DNA of 64,000 bases from Candidatus Limnocylindria bacterium (GTDB taxonomy: Bacteria > Chloroflexota > Limnocylindria > QHBO01), in NCBI GenBank assembly GCA_036556695.1, contig DATBIY010000013.1:18946-82945 (forward strand). Reading direction: 5' to 3'. The position numbers were made by a program, and so were the translations under genes. Shown one piece after another: positions 44,104 to 55,348 of the stretch. How positions within the stretch are numbered: the stretch's first letter is position 1; every line of letters begins with the position of its first letter. The notes below the pieces were generated by a model. It was not told where the DNA came from. It saw only the letters and a program-made list of their open reading frames with translations, and ran no database searches.

Positions 44104-45255
44104 TTGGGCGCAATCTCGTTCACCGCGCGCGCCACGCGGATCGGCTCCGCGCGGCTGGGGCGGCTGGAGACCCCGCACGGACCGGTCGACACGCCGCAGT
44201 TCATGCCGGTCGGCACCCAGGCCACGGTCAAGTCGCTGACCCCCGGCGACCTGCGCGCGGCGGGCACGCAGATGATCCTGGGCAACACCTACCATCTCTC
44301 CCTGCGGCCCGGGCACGAGCGCATCGCGCGGCTGGGCGGGCTGCACCGCTTCATGGCCTGGGATGGACCGATCCTGACCGATTCCGGCGGCTTCCAGGTC
44401 TTCAGCCTGGCCCACATGACCCGTGTCGACGATGACGGCGTGACCTTCGCCAGTCACCTGGACGGCTCACCGCAGCGCTTGACACCGGAGCGCTCGATGG
44501 AGATTCAGGCCGCGCTGGGCAGCGACGTGGCCATGGCGTTCGACCAGCTCGTGGATCCCACCCTGCCCGCCGAGAAGGTCCGCGAGGCGATGGAGCGCAC
44601 CCACCTGTGGGCCGAGCGCTCGCTGGCCGCTCACCGTGGCAGCGGCCAGGCTGGGAGTCAGGCGCTGTTCGGCATCATCCAGGGCGGGATCGACCCCGAG
44701 CTGCGCCGCGAGAGCACGACCCGCATCGTTGGCCTCGGCTTCGACGGCATCGCGGTCGGGGGCCTGTCGGTGGGGGAGTCGAAGGCCGAGATGGCGGCCA
44801 CCCTGGACGTCGTCGCGGAGGCGCTGGGCGATGATCCGCGGCCGCGTTACCTGATGGGCGTCGGCTCGCCGCTTGACTTCTTCACGGCGGTGGAGCGCGG
44901 AATCGACCTGTTCGACTGCGTCCTGCCCACCCGCGTGGCCCGCAACGGCCAGGTCTGGACCGATGAGGGGCGCCTCAACCTGCGCAACGCGCGCTTTCTG
45001 GACGACCCTGCGCCGCTCGACGCCCGGTGCCACTGCGAGACCTGCCAGAACCATTCGCGCGCCTACCTGGCTCACCTGTTTCGGGCGGAGGAGCTGCTGG
45101 CGTATCGGCTCTCCTCACTGCACAACGTCACCTATACTCTGGACCTGATGGCGCGCATCCGCGGCGCCCTTGCCGACGGGTCGTTTGCGTCGCTGCGGGA
45201 GGTCGTCGCGGCACAGTTCTCAACGCCGGTCGCCGGTCCGATAAGCCACAGCTAA
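44104..45255 (+). CDS. tgt: queuine tRNA-ribosyltransferase
   Basis: GRLETPHGPVDTPQFMPVGTQATVK, DSGGFQV, Zn motif CHCETC...H. TTG start. Confidence 0.92.
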   Translation: MGAISFTARATRIGSARLGRLETPHGPVDTPQFMPVGTQATVKSLTPGDLRAAGTQMILGNTYHLSLRPGHERIARLGGLHRFMAWDGPILTDSGGFQVFSLAHMTRVDDDGVTFASHLDGSPQRLTPERSMEIQAALGSDVAMAFDQLVDPTLPAEKVREAMERTHLWAERSLAAHRGSGQAGSQALFGIIQGGIDPELRRESTTRIVGLGFDGIAVGGLSVGESKAEMAATLDVVAEALGDDPRPRYLMGVGSPLDFFTAVERGIDLFDCVLPTRVARNGQVWTDEGRLNLRNARFLDDPAPLDARCHCETCQNHSRAYLAHLFRAEELLAYRLSSLHNVTYTLDLMARIRGALADGSFASLREVVAAQFSTPVAGPISHS

Positions 45256-45328
45256 TGAGCCGATAAGGCCCAGTTCGGCAGGCTTGCGGAGACCACCCAC
45301 GACCGGCCGGATTGGAGGTCAGCTCGAG

Positions 45329-45487
45329 ATGGCGAAGGGCAGAGACCGTCCACGCCACCAGGAGAAGCGAAAGCCGAAGGCCAAGGCGCCCAAGGTTCCG
45401 CCTGTTTCGGCCTTCGAGCCGCCGGCATCGGTCGAGGTGATCAAGCCAAGGCGCAAGCCGCGCACCGAACCCGGCGACGAGGAGTGA
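45329..45487 (+). CDS. small basic Lys/Pro/Arg-rich protein (52 aa), hypothetical
   Basis: ATG 45329 with GGAGGT 9 nt upstream. It ends 44 nt before the recA ATG. Confidence 0.35.
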   Translation: MAKGRDRPRHQEKRKPKAKAPKVPPVSAFEPPASVEVIKPRRKPRTEPGDEE

Positions 45488-45531
45488 CCCGCACCGCCGC
45501 CGGGCACCAAGCACAAGGAGCCGAGCAGACC

Positions 45532-46599
45532 ATGGACGCCCCGGTGGCCCCAGCCCAGGCCCAGACCACTCCGGAGAAGAATGGCGAGCGCAGCCGCGCC
45601 GTCGATGCTGCGATCCTGCAGATCGAGAAGCAGTTCGGTCGCGGCGCCATCATGCGCCTCGGCGACCGCGGCGCCCAGCAGGTGGAGGTCATCCCCACCG
45701 GCTCGGTGGCCCTGGACCTCGCCCTCGGCGTCGGTGGCGTGCCGCGCGGCCGCATCACCGAGATCTTCGGCCCGGAGTCCAGTGGCAAGACGACGCTCTG
45801 CTACCACGTGGTCGCGAACGCGCAGCGCGCGGGCGGCGTGGCCGCCTTCATCGATGCCGAGCACGCGCTCGATCCCAGCTATGCGCGCAACGTGGGCGTC
45901 AACGTCGACGAGCTGCTGGTCAGCCAGCCGGACACCGGCGAGCAGGCGCTGGAGATCGCCGAGACCCTGATCCGCAGCAACGGCGTGGACGTGGTGGTCA
46001 TCGACTCGGTGGCGGCGCTTGTGCCGCGCGCCGAGATCGAGGGCGAGATGGGCGACAGCTTCGTCGGCCTGCAGGCCCGTCTGATGAGCCAGGCGCTTCG
46101 CAAGCTCACCGGCGCAATCAACCGCAGCAAGACCGCCCTCGTCTTCACGAACCAGCTGCGCGAGAAGATCGGCGTCATGTTCGGCAACCCGGAGACCACT
46201 CCCGGCGGCCGAGCGCTGAAGTTCTACTCCAGCGTGCGCCTGGACATCCGTCGCATCGAGACGCTGAAGACCGGGACCGACGCGGTCGGCTCGCGGACGC
46301 GCGTCAAGGTGGTGAAGAACAAGGTCGCCTCGCCCTTCAGGCTGGCAGAGTTCGACATCATGTACAACGAGGGCATCAGCCGCGAGGGCGGGCTGCTGGA
46401 CGTGGGCATCGCGGCCGGCGTGCTCACAAAGACCGGCGCCTGGTTCAACTACGGCGACACGCGCCTCGGCCAGGGCCGTGAGAACGCGCGGGACTTCCTC
46501 AAGGCCAACCCGGAGATCGCCGGCAAGATCGAGGACGACATCCGCGCCAAGGTGGCGTCAATCGACGTCGGCGTGGAGGGCATCAGCGAAGCGGAGTAG
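45532..46599 (+). CDS. recA: recombinase RecA
   Basis: [61 protein letters not shown] lies upstream of ATG 45532. Confidence 0.96.
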   Translation: MDAPVAPAQAQTTPEKNGERSRAVDAAILQIEKQFGRGAIMRLGDRGAQQVEVIPTGSVALDLALGVGGVPRGRITEIFGPESSGKTTLCYHVVANAQRAGGVAAFIDAEHALDPSYARNVGVNVDELLVSQPDTGEQALEIAETLIRSNGVDVVVIDSVAALVPRAEIEGEMGDSFVGLQARLMSQALRKLTGAINRSKTALVFTNQLREKIGVMFGNPETTPGGRALKFYSSVRLDIRRIETLKTGTDAVGSRTRVKVVKNKVASPFRLAEFDIMYNEGISREGGLLDVGIAAGVLTKTGAWFNYGDTRLGQGRENARDFLKANPEIAGKIEDDIRAKVASIDVGVEGISEAE

Positions 46600-47161
46600 G
46601 CAGCCACGCGCCGAGCGAGCGCCGCTCGACGCCGAAGCCGCCCTGGACGTCGCCGCCCGCTACCTGGCCACCCGGCCGCGAACGCGCTGGGAGCTGTCCA
46701 GACGCCTCCAGCGCGCCGGGGCAGACGAGGCCCTCGTCGCCGCCACGCTCGAGCGCCTGACCAGCCTTGGCCTTGCCGATGACGTGGCGTTTGCCCGCTG
46801 GTGGGCGGAACAGCGCGACCGCCACTCGCCCCGCGGCCGCCGCATGGTCGAGGCCGAGCTGCGCCAGCGGGGCGTGCCGCGCGAGGTCATCGAGGAGCTA
46901 CGCGGCGAGGAGATCGCCGAGCCGGCGTTCCCGGAAGAGCACCTTCCCCAGACGGAGGCGGATCGGGCGCGAATCGCACTCGATCGTCACCTGCGCGGCC
47001 GGCCCCTGACGGACGATAGCCGCGCGCTGCAGCGGCTGGGCATGTTCCTGGTGCGCCGTGGCTTCGATCCCGAGACGGTGCGGTCCACCTTGCGAGAGGC
47101 TGCCGAACGCCAGGCGGATGCCGCCAGCCTGCCGGATGACGACGCCTCGGGCGAGCCCTAG
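46478..47161 (+). CDS. recX: recombination regulator RecX (start codon unresolved)
   Basis: RecX three-helix repeats from about 46640 onward ([23 protein letters not shown]; FARWWAEQR). The only ATG/GTG/TTG in frame is 46478, 122 nt inside recA. CTG at 46643 would give a typical N-terminus. Confidence 0.75.
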   Translation: MRTRGTSSRPTRRSPARSRTTSAPRWRQSTSAWRASAKRSRQPRAERAPLDAEAALDVAARYLATRPRTRWELSRRLQRAGADEALVAATLERLTSLGLADDVAFARWWAEQRDRHSPRGRRMVEAELRQRGVPREVIEELRGEEIAEPAFPEEHLPQTEADRARIALDRHLRGRPLTDDSRALQRLGMFLVRRGFDPETVRSTLREAAERQADAASLPDDDASGEP

Positions 47162-47171
47162 GCCGCTCCGC

Positions 47172-47177
47172 TAAGGT
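47172..47177 (+). promoter_or_regulatory. -10-like TAAGGT, 7 nt upstream of ATG 47185 (leaderless geometry)
   Basis: TAAGGT-tcgctcc-ATG. No SD. Confidence 0.35.
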
Positions 47178-47184
47178 TCGCTCC

Positions 47185-47661
47185 ATGGCACGCAGCAACG
47201 CTTCCACACCCGATGAGTACCTGGCCGAGCTGCCACCCGATCGCCGCGAGGCCATCAGCGCGGTGCGCGAGGTAATTCTCCGCAACCTGCCCTTGGGCTA
47301 CGAGGAGGGCATGGCGTTCGGCATGATCGGCTACTACGTTCCGCTGGAACGCTTCCCCGACACCTACAACCGGCAGCCGCTGGGTCTCGCCGCGCTGGCC
47401 AGCCAGAAGAACTACATGGCCCTGTATTTGAACAACGTGTACGGCGATCCGGAAGCCAGGGCCTGGTTCCGCGCGCGCTACAAGGCCAGTGGCAAGAAGC
47501 TCGATATGGGCAAGAGCTGCGTGATCTTCCGGCGCCTCGAGGACCTCCCCCTGGATCTCATCGGCGAGACCATCGCCCGCACGGACGTGGACAGCTACCT
47601 GGAGCGTTACCGCGCCGCTCGCGGCTCGTCGCGCCGCACGCGCAGCGCCGCCGGCAACTGA
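47185..47661 (+). CDS. DUF1801 (YdhG-like) domain protein
   Basis: TPDEYLAELPPDRREAISAVREVI ... KSCVIF pattern. 158 aa. Confidence 0.72.
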   Translation: MARSNASTPDEYLAELPPDRREAISAVREVILRNLPLGYEEGMAFGMIGYYVPLERFPDTYNRQPLGLAALASQKNYMALYLNNVYGDPEARAWFRARYKASGKKLDMGKSCVIFRRLEDLPLDLIGETIARTDVDSYLERYRAARGSSRRTRSAAGN

Positions 47662-47666
47662 GCGTC

Positions 47667-48620
47667 ATGCGCCTCGCGCTGATGACCGAGCCCCAGCAGG
47701 GGCTCTCCTACGACGAGGTCCTGGCATGCGCACGAACCGCCGAGCACGCAGGGCTCGAGGCGTACTTCCGCTCCGATCACTACGCCAGCTTCCCTGGCCC
47801 CGACGGCGAACCGACTACCGACGCGTGGGCCACCCTGGCCGGCCTGGCGCGCGACACGACGCGCATTCACATCGGCACCCTGGTGTCGCCGGTCACGTTC
47901 CGGCTGCCCGGACCCTTCGCCAAGCTAGTCACCACCGTCGACGAGATGAGCGGTGGCCGCGTCGAGGTCGGGCTGGGCGCCGGCTGGCACGACGCCGAGC
48001 ACGCACAGCTGGGCATCCCGTTCCCCGAGCTCGGCGAGCGCTATGCCATGCTCGAGGAGTCGGTCGAGATCCTGCACGGGTTGTGGACCCAGCCCGATGG
48101 ATGGACCTTCAGCGGCCGGCACTGGCGCGTGGACGGCAGCCACTTCCATGCGCGTCCCTCGGCCTGGCGAACCGATGGCAGCCATCCGAACATCATCCTC
48201 GGCGGTCGCGGCGGCCCGCGCCAGGCCCGGCTGGTGGCGCGCTTCGCCGATGAGTTCAACCTGACGTCCGCCTCGCCGCAGGGCGCCCGCGCGGCGTACC
48301 GGCGCATCGACGACGCCTGCCGGGACGCCGGCCGCGATCCGGGCAGTGTCTGCCACTCGGCCATGACCGGCGTGCTCATCGCCGAGACGCAGGAGGAGCT
48401 GCGCGACCGCATCCGACAGCTTCTGGACGTCACCGCGGCTGGCTCGTCCGACGCCGAGGCGTGGCTGGCGCAGCGCCGCACGCGCTGGGTGATCGGCACG
48501 CTCGACGAGGCGGGGGAGCGGCTGCATGAGTTCGCCGCCGCCGGCGTCGAGCGCGTGATGCTGCAGGACTTCATTCCCCTCGACCTGGACATGATCCGCC
48601 TGATGGGTCGCCTTGCCTGA
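47667..48620 (+). CDS. LLM-class (luciferase-like) F420-dependent oxidoreductase
   Basis: AGLEAYFRSDH, SGGRVEVGLGAGW...E. 317 aa. Confidence 0.82.
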   Translation: MRLALMTEPQQGLSYDEVLACARTAEHAGLEAYFRSDHYASFPGPDGEPTTDAWATLAGLARDTTRIHIGTLVSPVTFRLPGPFAKLVTTVDEMSGGRVEVGLGAGWHDAEHAQLGIPFPELGERYAMLEESVEILHGLWTQPDGWTFSGRHWRVDGSHFHARPSAWRTDGSHPNIILGGRGGPRQARLVARFADEFNLTSASPQGARAAYRRIDDACRDAGRDPGSVCHSAMTGVLIAETQEELRDRIRQLLDVTAAGSSDAEAWLAQRRTRWVIGTLDEAGERLHEFAAAGVERVMLQDFIPLDLDMIRLMGRLA

Positions 48621-48812
48621 CCTGCCGAGCCGGACCCGCCGGGCCTGACCCGCGCAGCGAGCCCGAACGCGGCTTACGCTACACTCCCGAGATCGGTCGC
48701 CGGCGGCGCCACTGTCAAACGCCGGCGCTGTGAATGCGAAACCTTGACCGGCGTCCGCGTTTGGCGGACGCGAAACCTGCCCACTACCGGGCTCCGCGTG
48801 TTGGAGGAGCCG

Positions 48813-50341
<1,529 letters not shown>

Positions 50342-50345
<4 letters not shown>

Positions 50346-51151
50346 CCGATCGCGCCGCCGTTGCGCGGTGCATGGTCATCGGCGACATCATCGGCAAGCC
50401 CGGGCGCCAGGCGGTGGTGCACGAGCTGCCGAGCCTGCGCACCGAGCTCGACCTGGACCTGGTGATCGCCAACGGCGAGAACCTGGCGGCCGGCGCGGGA
50501 CTGACGCCCAGCCTGGCGGAGGAGCTGCTGGCCAACGGGGTGGACATCATCACCAGCGGCAACCACATCTGGGACAAGCGCGAGATCTACGACTACCTCG
50601 ACTCGGACCGCCCGGTGCTGCGCCCGATGAACTACCCCGACGATGCTCCCGGTCGCGGCTGGCTGGTGCACCACCTGGCCGATGGCGACCAGGTGGCCGT
50701 CATCAACGCCATGGGGCGGGTGTTCATGAACCAGCTCGATTCGCCGTTCACGGCCATGGACGCGCTGCTCGATGGCGCCGCCGAGCCGCTGCCGCCGATG
50801 CGCATCCTGGACTTCCACTGCGAGATCACCTCCGAGAAGAACGCCATGGGTTGGTTCCTGGACGGACGCGTGAGCGCGGTGGTGGGCACGCACACCCACG
50901 TGCCGACCGCCGATGCGCGGGTGCTGCCCGGCGGCACGGCCTACATCAGCGACATCGGCATGACCGGCCCGCGCGACTCGATCATCGGCTTCAGCCTGGA
51001 CACCGTGCTGCCGCGCTTCCTGCGCCACCTGCCCACGCGCTTCCAGGTGGCCGAGGGGCCGGTCAACCTCAACGCCGTGGTCATCGACATCGAGCGCGCC
51101 AGCGGACGCGCCACCGGCATCGAGCAGGTGCAGCGCCTGATCGAGGTCTGA
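50342..51151 (+). CDS. ymdB: YmdB-type (TIGR00282) metallophosphoesterase
   Basis: [44 protein letters not shown] overlap with rny. Confidence 0.88.
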
Positions 51152-51163
51152 CAGGCAGAGCCG

Positions 51164-52114
51164 ATGACCGCGCAGGGTCGTCGACGTGAGTCGCCTCCGC
51201 CGATCGCGGCCGTGGTCGGCGCGACCGCATCGGGCAAGTCCGAGCTGGCGATGGCCATAGCGCGGCGCCTGCCGGTGGAAATCCTGGCCGCCGACTCACG
51301 GCAGGTGTACCGCGGCATGGACATCGGCACTGCCAAGCCCACCACCGCCGAGCAGCGCAGCGTCCCGCATCACCTGCTGGACCTGGCCGATCCGGACGAG
51401 GCCTTCTCGGTGGCCGATTGGCTGGCTGCGGCACGCGAGCTGGTGCCGGCGATCTGGGCCCGCGGCCGCCTGCCGCTGCTGGTCGGCGGTACTGGTCTCT
51501 ACGTCAGCGCCCTGGTGGACGGCTACCAGCTGGCCGCGCAGCCGCCCTCGCGTGAGCTGCGGCACGAGCTGACCGCCGAGGTGGAGCAGGTTGGCCTGGA
51601 GCCGCTGGCCGCTCGCCTGCGGGAGCTGGATGCCGCCACAGCGGCGCGCACCGACCTGCGCAACCCGCGCCGCGTGCTGCGTGCGCTGGAGCGGGTGCTG
51701 CTGGCCGGCGGCGCGCTCGAGCCACCCGTGGCCGCGCCGTGGCCCGGCCGCCTGGCGCTCATCGGCGTGGAGCGGCCGCGTGCCGTGCTGGGAGACCGCA
51801 TCTCGCGCCGCGCCGAGCGAATGTTCGCCGGCGGCCTGCTCGAGGAAGTCGCGTGGCTGCGCGACGCCGGCTACGGTCCGGAACTGCCGCCGCTGAGCGG
51901 GCACGGATACCGCGAGGCATTCCGCGTCCTGGCGGGGGAGTGGCCGATCGAGCGCGCCGTCGCCGAGACGGCACGCCGCTCACGGCAGTACGCCAAGCGG
52001 CAGCTGACCTGGTTCCGGCGCGACCGGCGGATCAGTTGGCTGCCAGCCCGTTCAGAACCGGTAACCGAGCTGGCGACGCGGGCGGTGGACCTGCTGCAGC
52101 GGATGACGGGGTAG
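51164..52114 (+). CDS. miaA: tRNA dimethylallyltransferase
   Basis: VVGATASGKSELA, DSRQVYRGMDIGTAKPT, PHHLLD, GGTGLY, YAKRQLTWFR. Confidence 0.92.
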   Translation: MTAQGRRRESPPPIAAVVGATASGKSELAMAIARRLPVEILAADSRQVYRGMDIGTAKPTTAEQRSVPHHLLDLADPDEAFSVADWLAAARELVPAIWARGRLPLLVGGTGLYVSALVDGYQLAAQPPSRELRHELTAEVEQVGLEPLAARLRELDAATAARTDLRNPRRVLRALERVLLAGGALEPPVAAPWPGRLALIGVERPRAVLGDRISRRAERMFAGGLLEEVAWLRDAGYGPELPPLSGHGYREAFRVLAGEWPIERAVAETARRSRQYAKRQLTWFRRDRRISWLPARSEPVTELATRAVDLLQRMTG

Positions 52115-52145
52115 GGGAGCGGGGCCGCCTCAGCGGACCGCTCTC

Positions 52146-53855
52146 TCAGCTGACAGGCAGGCCGATCGACTGGCGCCAGGCCGACATCGAGCTGGCAGCC
52201 GGCGAGGGGGTCTCGACGCTGACCGAGGCCGAGGCGACGACGGCCGGCGCCGGCGCCTCCAGGTCGGCGCCCGGCAGCGAGCCGGGACGGCCGAGCAGGA
52301 AGCCCTGCCCCACCGAGACGCCCAGCCGATCCAGCTGCTCCAGCTGCTGGGGGAACTCGACACCCTCGGCGACCACCATCGCGCCGGTGCGCCCGGCCAG
52401 GGCCACCACCGACTCGATCACCGCGCTGGACGAGGCGCTCGACGCGCTGCGCTGCACCAGCCCCAGGTCGACCTTGATGAGGTCGAAGGCCATCTCCGAC
52501 AGGAGCCGCAGCCCGGCGTTGCCGGCGCCCACGTCATCGGCCGCCAGGCGGATGCCAGCACCACGACAGGTGTCCAGCTTCAGCCGCACCCGCTCGAGGT
52601 CGGTGATCGGTTGCTGCTCGGTGAGTTCGATGACCAGCCGCTCCGGCGGGAAGCCGTGGCGCGCCAGGATGCTCAGCAGGGCGGCGGTGCTGAACTCCGG
52701 CGCCTCGACCGTGGCCGGCGAAAGGTTGACCGTCAGGAAAACGCCTGCCGGCAGGGATCCGGCGCCGGCCACGATGGATTCCACGCAGTTGAGGTCCAGC
52801 TCGACCAGGTGGCCGCTGGCGGCAGCGGCCGCGAACAGCGTGCCGGGGTTGTCGAAGCGGGCCGGAGGCACCGGACGGATGAGCCCCTCGTAGCCCAGGG
52901 TCAGGCGGCTCTTGAGTTCGACGATCGGCTGGAAGACCGGACGCAGCAGGCTGCGAGCGATGACCTCGGCCACCGCCACGCCGGCGCCCCCTGGATCATC
53001 GACCGGCTGCTCGGCCGGATCGAAGACCTGCACATCGGTGCGACCCGCGCGCTTGGCGGCGTACAGGGCGGTATCCGCCTGGGAGTAGAGCTGCGCACGG
53101 CTGCTGGCGAGCTCCGGCAGCGCCGAGATGCCCGCCGAGAAAGAGATGCTGGCCGGGGCGTCCTCCGCGCGCAGCGGCGGCTGCAGCGCCATGGCCAGCA
53201 GCCGGCGCGCCACGATGCGCGCGCCCTCGGCATCGGTGTGCGGCAGCAGGACGGCGAACTCGTCGCCGCCGATGCGGAACGGACGGTCGGCGCGACGCAG
53301 CCCGCCGGCGACCACCCGCCCGAAGTGCGCCAGGGCGCGATCGCCGGCGGCGTGGCCCTGTCCGTCATTGATGGCCTTGAACTCGTCGAGATCGATGATC
53401 ACCAGCGACAGCGGCACGCCATAGCGGAGCGACCCCTCGACCTGGCGATCCAGCTCCTCCTGGAAGGCGCGGTGGTTGCCCAGGCCGGTCAGCGGGTCCT
53501 GCAGCGCGTCGGCCAGCGCCGCCTGGTAGCGGACCGAGAGGTCCTCGCGCGAGCGCGCCAGCGGAGAGACGACCAGGTGGTACAGCGCGAAACCGACCAG
53601 GCTGACCGCCAGCAACGCGCTGAGCAGGCCGCGCAACGGAGCCTCGCGCACGACGCCCGCCAGGAGCTGGTCGGCCACGATCGCCGCCAGCGAACTGGCC
53701 CCCAGCGCCACCGCCAGGCGCAGGGCGAGACCCGCCCGCGATTCGCGGGCGCTGCGCTCAGCCGCTCCGTTGGCAGTCGTCGCCTCGTTCACTCCGTTCT
53801 CCCGAGGCCCCCGGTGTTGTTGGCGCACGGTCGCACAGGTGCGGGGGGACCTCAA
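52146..53855 (-). CDS. membrane-anchored GGDEF-EAL protein
   Basis: Two N-terminal TM helices. GGDEF domain (RIGGDEFAVLL). EAL domain with YEGLIRP in place of EALxR, DDVGAGNAG and EGVE. An alternative GTG start lies at 53792. Confidence 0.85.
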   Translation of the reverse strand: MRSPRTCATVRQQHRGPRENGVNEATTANGAAERSARESRAGLALRLAVALGASSLAAIVADQLLAGVVREAPLRGLLSALLAVSLVGFALYHLVVSPLARSREDLSVRYQAALADALQDPLTGLGNHRAFQEELDRQVEGSLRYGVPLSLVIIDLDEFKAINDGQGHAAGDRALAHFGRVVAGGLRRADRPFRIGGDEFAVLLPHTDAEGARIVARRLLAMALQPPLRAEDAPASISFSAGISALPELASSRAQLYSQADTALYAAKRAGRTDVQVFDPAEQPVDDPGGAGVAVAEVIARSLLRPVFQPIVELKSRLTLGYEGLIRPVPPARFDNPGTLFAAAAASGHLVELDLNCVESIVAGAGSLPAGVFLTVNLSPATVEAPEFSTAALLSILARHGFPPERLVIELTEQQPITDLERVRLKLDTCRGAGIRLAADDVGAGNAGLRLLSEMAFDLIKVDLGLVQRSASSASSSAVIESVVALAGRTGAMVVAEGVEFPQQLEQLDRLGVSVGQGFLLGRPGSLPGADLEAPAPAVVASASVSVETPSPAASSMSAWRQSIGLPVS

Positions 53856-53963
53856 CTAGCCGGAAAGTACCGAACCGGACTGCACGGCACCGAATTGCAG
53901 CGTCGTCCGAGGTTCTCGCGCGTCGGCGCGAAGCGGGGGATCGGCTAGGATGGGAGCGAACAG

Positions 53964-55265
53964 ATGTCCGATCGCAGCCGCATGGTCGATCTCACGGCGC
54001 CCACCGAGCGCGCTTTCCTGATCGGCATGGAAGACCCTTCCAATGGCCGCTGGCCGATCTCCCGCAGCCTCGCCGAGCTCGGCGCGCTGGCGGAGACGGC
54101 CGGTGCCACCGTGGTCGGCAGCGCCTTCCAGCGGCGCGCCATGCCGGACCCGGTGTGGTACTTCGGCAAGGGCCGCGCGGCCGAGCTGGTCGACGAGAAG
54201 AACGCCAGCGGCTTCAACCTGCTGATCGTCGATGACGAGCTGGCCCCGAATCAGCAGCGCAGCCTGGAGAAGCTCCTCGACTGCAAGGTGCTCGACCGCT
54301 CGGCGCTGATCATCGACATCTTCGCCCGCCACGCCCGCACCCGCGAGGGCCGGCTGCAGGTGGAGCTGGCCGCGCTCGAGTACCACCTGCCGCGGCTGAC
54401 GCGCCTGTGGACGCACCTGTCACGCACCGCCGGCGGCATCGGCACCCGCGGACCCGGCGAGAGCCAGCTGGAGACCGACCGCCGGCTGATTCGCGAGAAG
54501 ATCCAGAAGGTGCGCCGCGAGCTGGCGGACGTGAAGCGCCATCGGGCGACCGCCGGTCGCCAGCGTGACCGTGCCGAAGTCGCCAGCGTGGCGCTGGTGG
54601 GCTACACCAACGCCGGCAAGAGCACGCTGCTCAACGCGCTGGCCGGAGCGGACGTGTTTGCCGCCGACATGCTGTTCGCCACCCTGGATCCCACCAGCCG
54701 GGCGATGATTCTGCCGGGCGGGCAGCGGGTGGTCATCAGCGACACCGTGGGATTCATCAACAAGCTGCCGCACGACCTGGTCGAGGCATTCCGCGCCACG
54801 CTGGAGGAGGTGATCCGCGCCGATCTGCTTCTGGAGGTGGTGGATGCGGCCGATCCGAACTTCATCGGCCAGCAGCAGGCGGTGCAGGCAGTGCTCGACG
54901 AGCTGGGCGCCGGCGACAAGCCACGGATCACCGTCTTCAACAAGATCGACCTGCTTGACGCTGACCTGCGCACGGAGCCGATGCCCGCCAGCCCGGACTC
55001 CGCCTTCGTCTCGGCAGCCAGCGGTGAGGGCCTGGACGGCCTGCGCCAGCAGATCGCCGATGCGCTGCGCGCCCAGATGGAGCAGGTCGACAACGTGGTG
55101 CCATACGCCCGGGGCGAGCTGGTGGCCCGCGCCCGCGCCTCCGGCGAGGTCGACGAGGCCTACACCGACGCCGGCATCCGGCTGTCAGGCCACCTGCCAC
55201 CGTCCATCGCCGCCGAGGTGCGCAACGCGGCCGCCCTCAACGGGCGCCGGAGCAGCCGGCGCTGA
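53964..55265 (+). CDS. hflX: GTPase HflX
   Basis: HflX N-domain (IFARHARTREGRLQVELAALEY), G-domain (GYTNAGKST, DTVGF, NKID). Confidence 0.92.
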   Translation: MSDRSRMVDLTAPTERAFLIGMEDPSNGRWPISRSLAELGALAETAGATVVGSAFQRRAMPDPVWYFGKGRAAELVDEKNASGFNLLIVDDELAPNQQRSLEKLLDCKVLDRSALIIDIFARHARTREGRLQVELAALEYHLPRLTRLWTHLSRTAGGIGTRGPGESQLETDRRLIREKIQKVRRELADVKRHRATAGRQRDRAEVASVALVGYTNAGKSTLLNALAGADVFAADMLFATLDPTSRAMILPGGQRVVISDTVGFINKLPHDLVEAFRATLEEVIRADLLLEVVDAADPNFIGQQQAVQAVLDELGAGDKPRITVFNKIDLLDADLRTEPMPASPDSAFVSAASGEGLDGLRQQIADALRAQMEQVDNVVPYARGELVARARASGEVDEAYTDAGIRLSGHLPPSIAAEVRNAAALNGRRSSRR

Positions 55266-55348
55266 GCGATCCGATCGCGGTCACGGCCGACGCCATCCGT
55301 GCGGCGGTCGGGGACATCCCGCCCGCCTTTCGCGACAGCCCGCAGTTC

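Noticed and set aside
44098-44106. TAGAAA directly abutting the tgt TTG start, considered as a leaderless promoter
   Set aside because: The spacing is 0 nt, not the 6-9 nt seen at the other sites. The hexamer lacks the terminal T. The tgt promoter remains unassigned.
45256-45531. LexA/SOS box upstream of recA
   Set aside because: No GAAC-N4-GTTC, CTGT-N8-ACAG or TCGAAC-type palindrome is visible in the region. Absence by eye is not proof.
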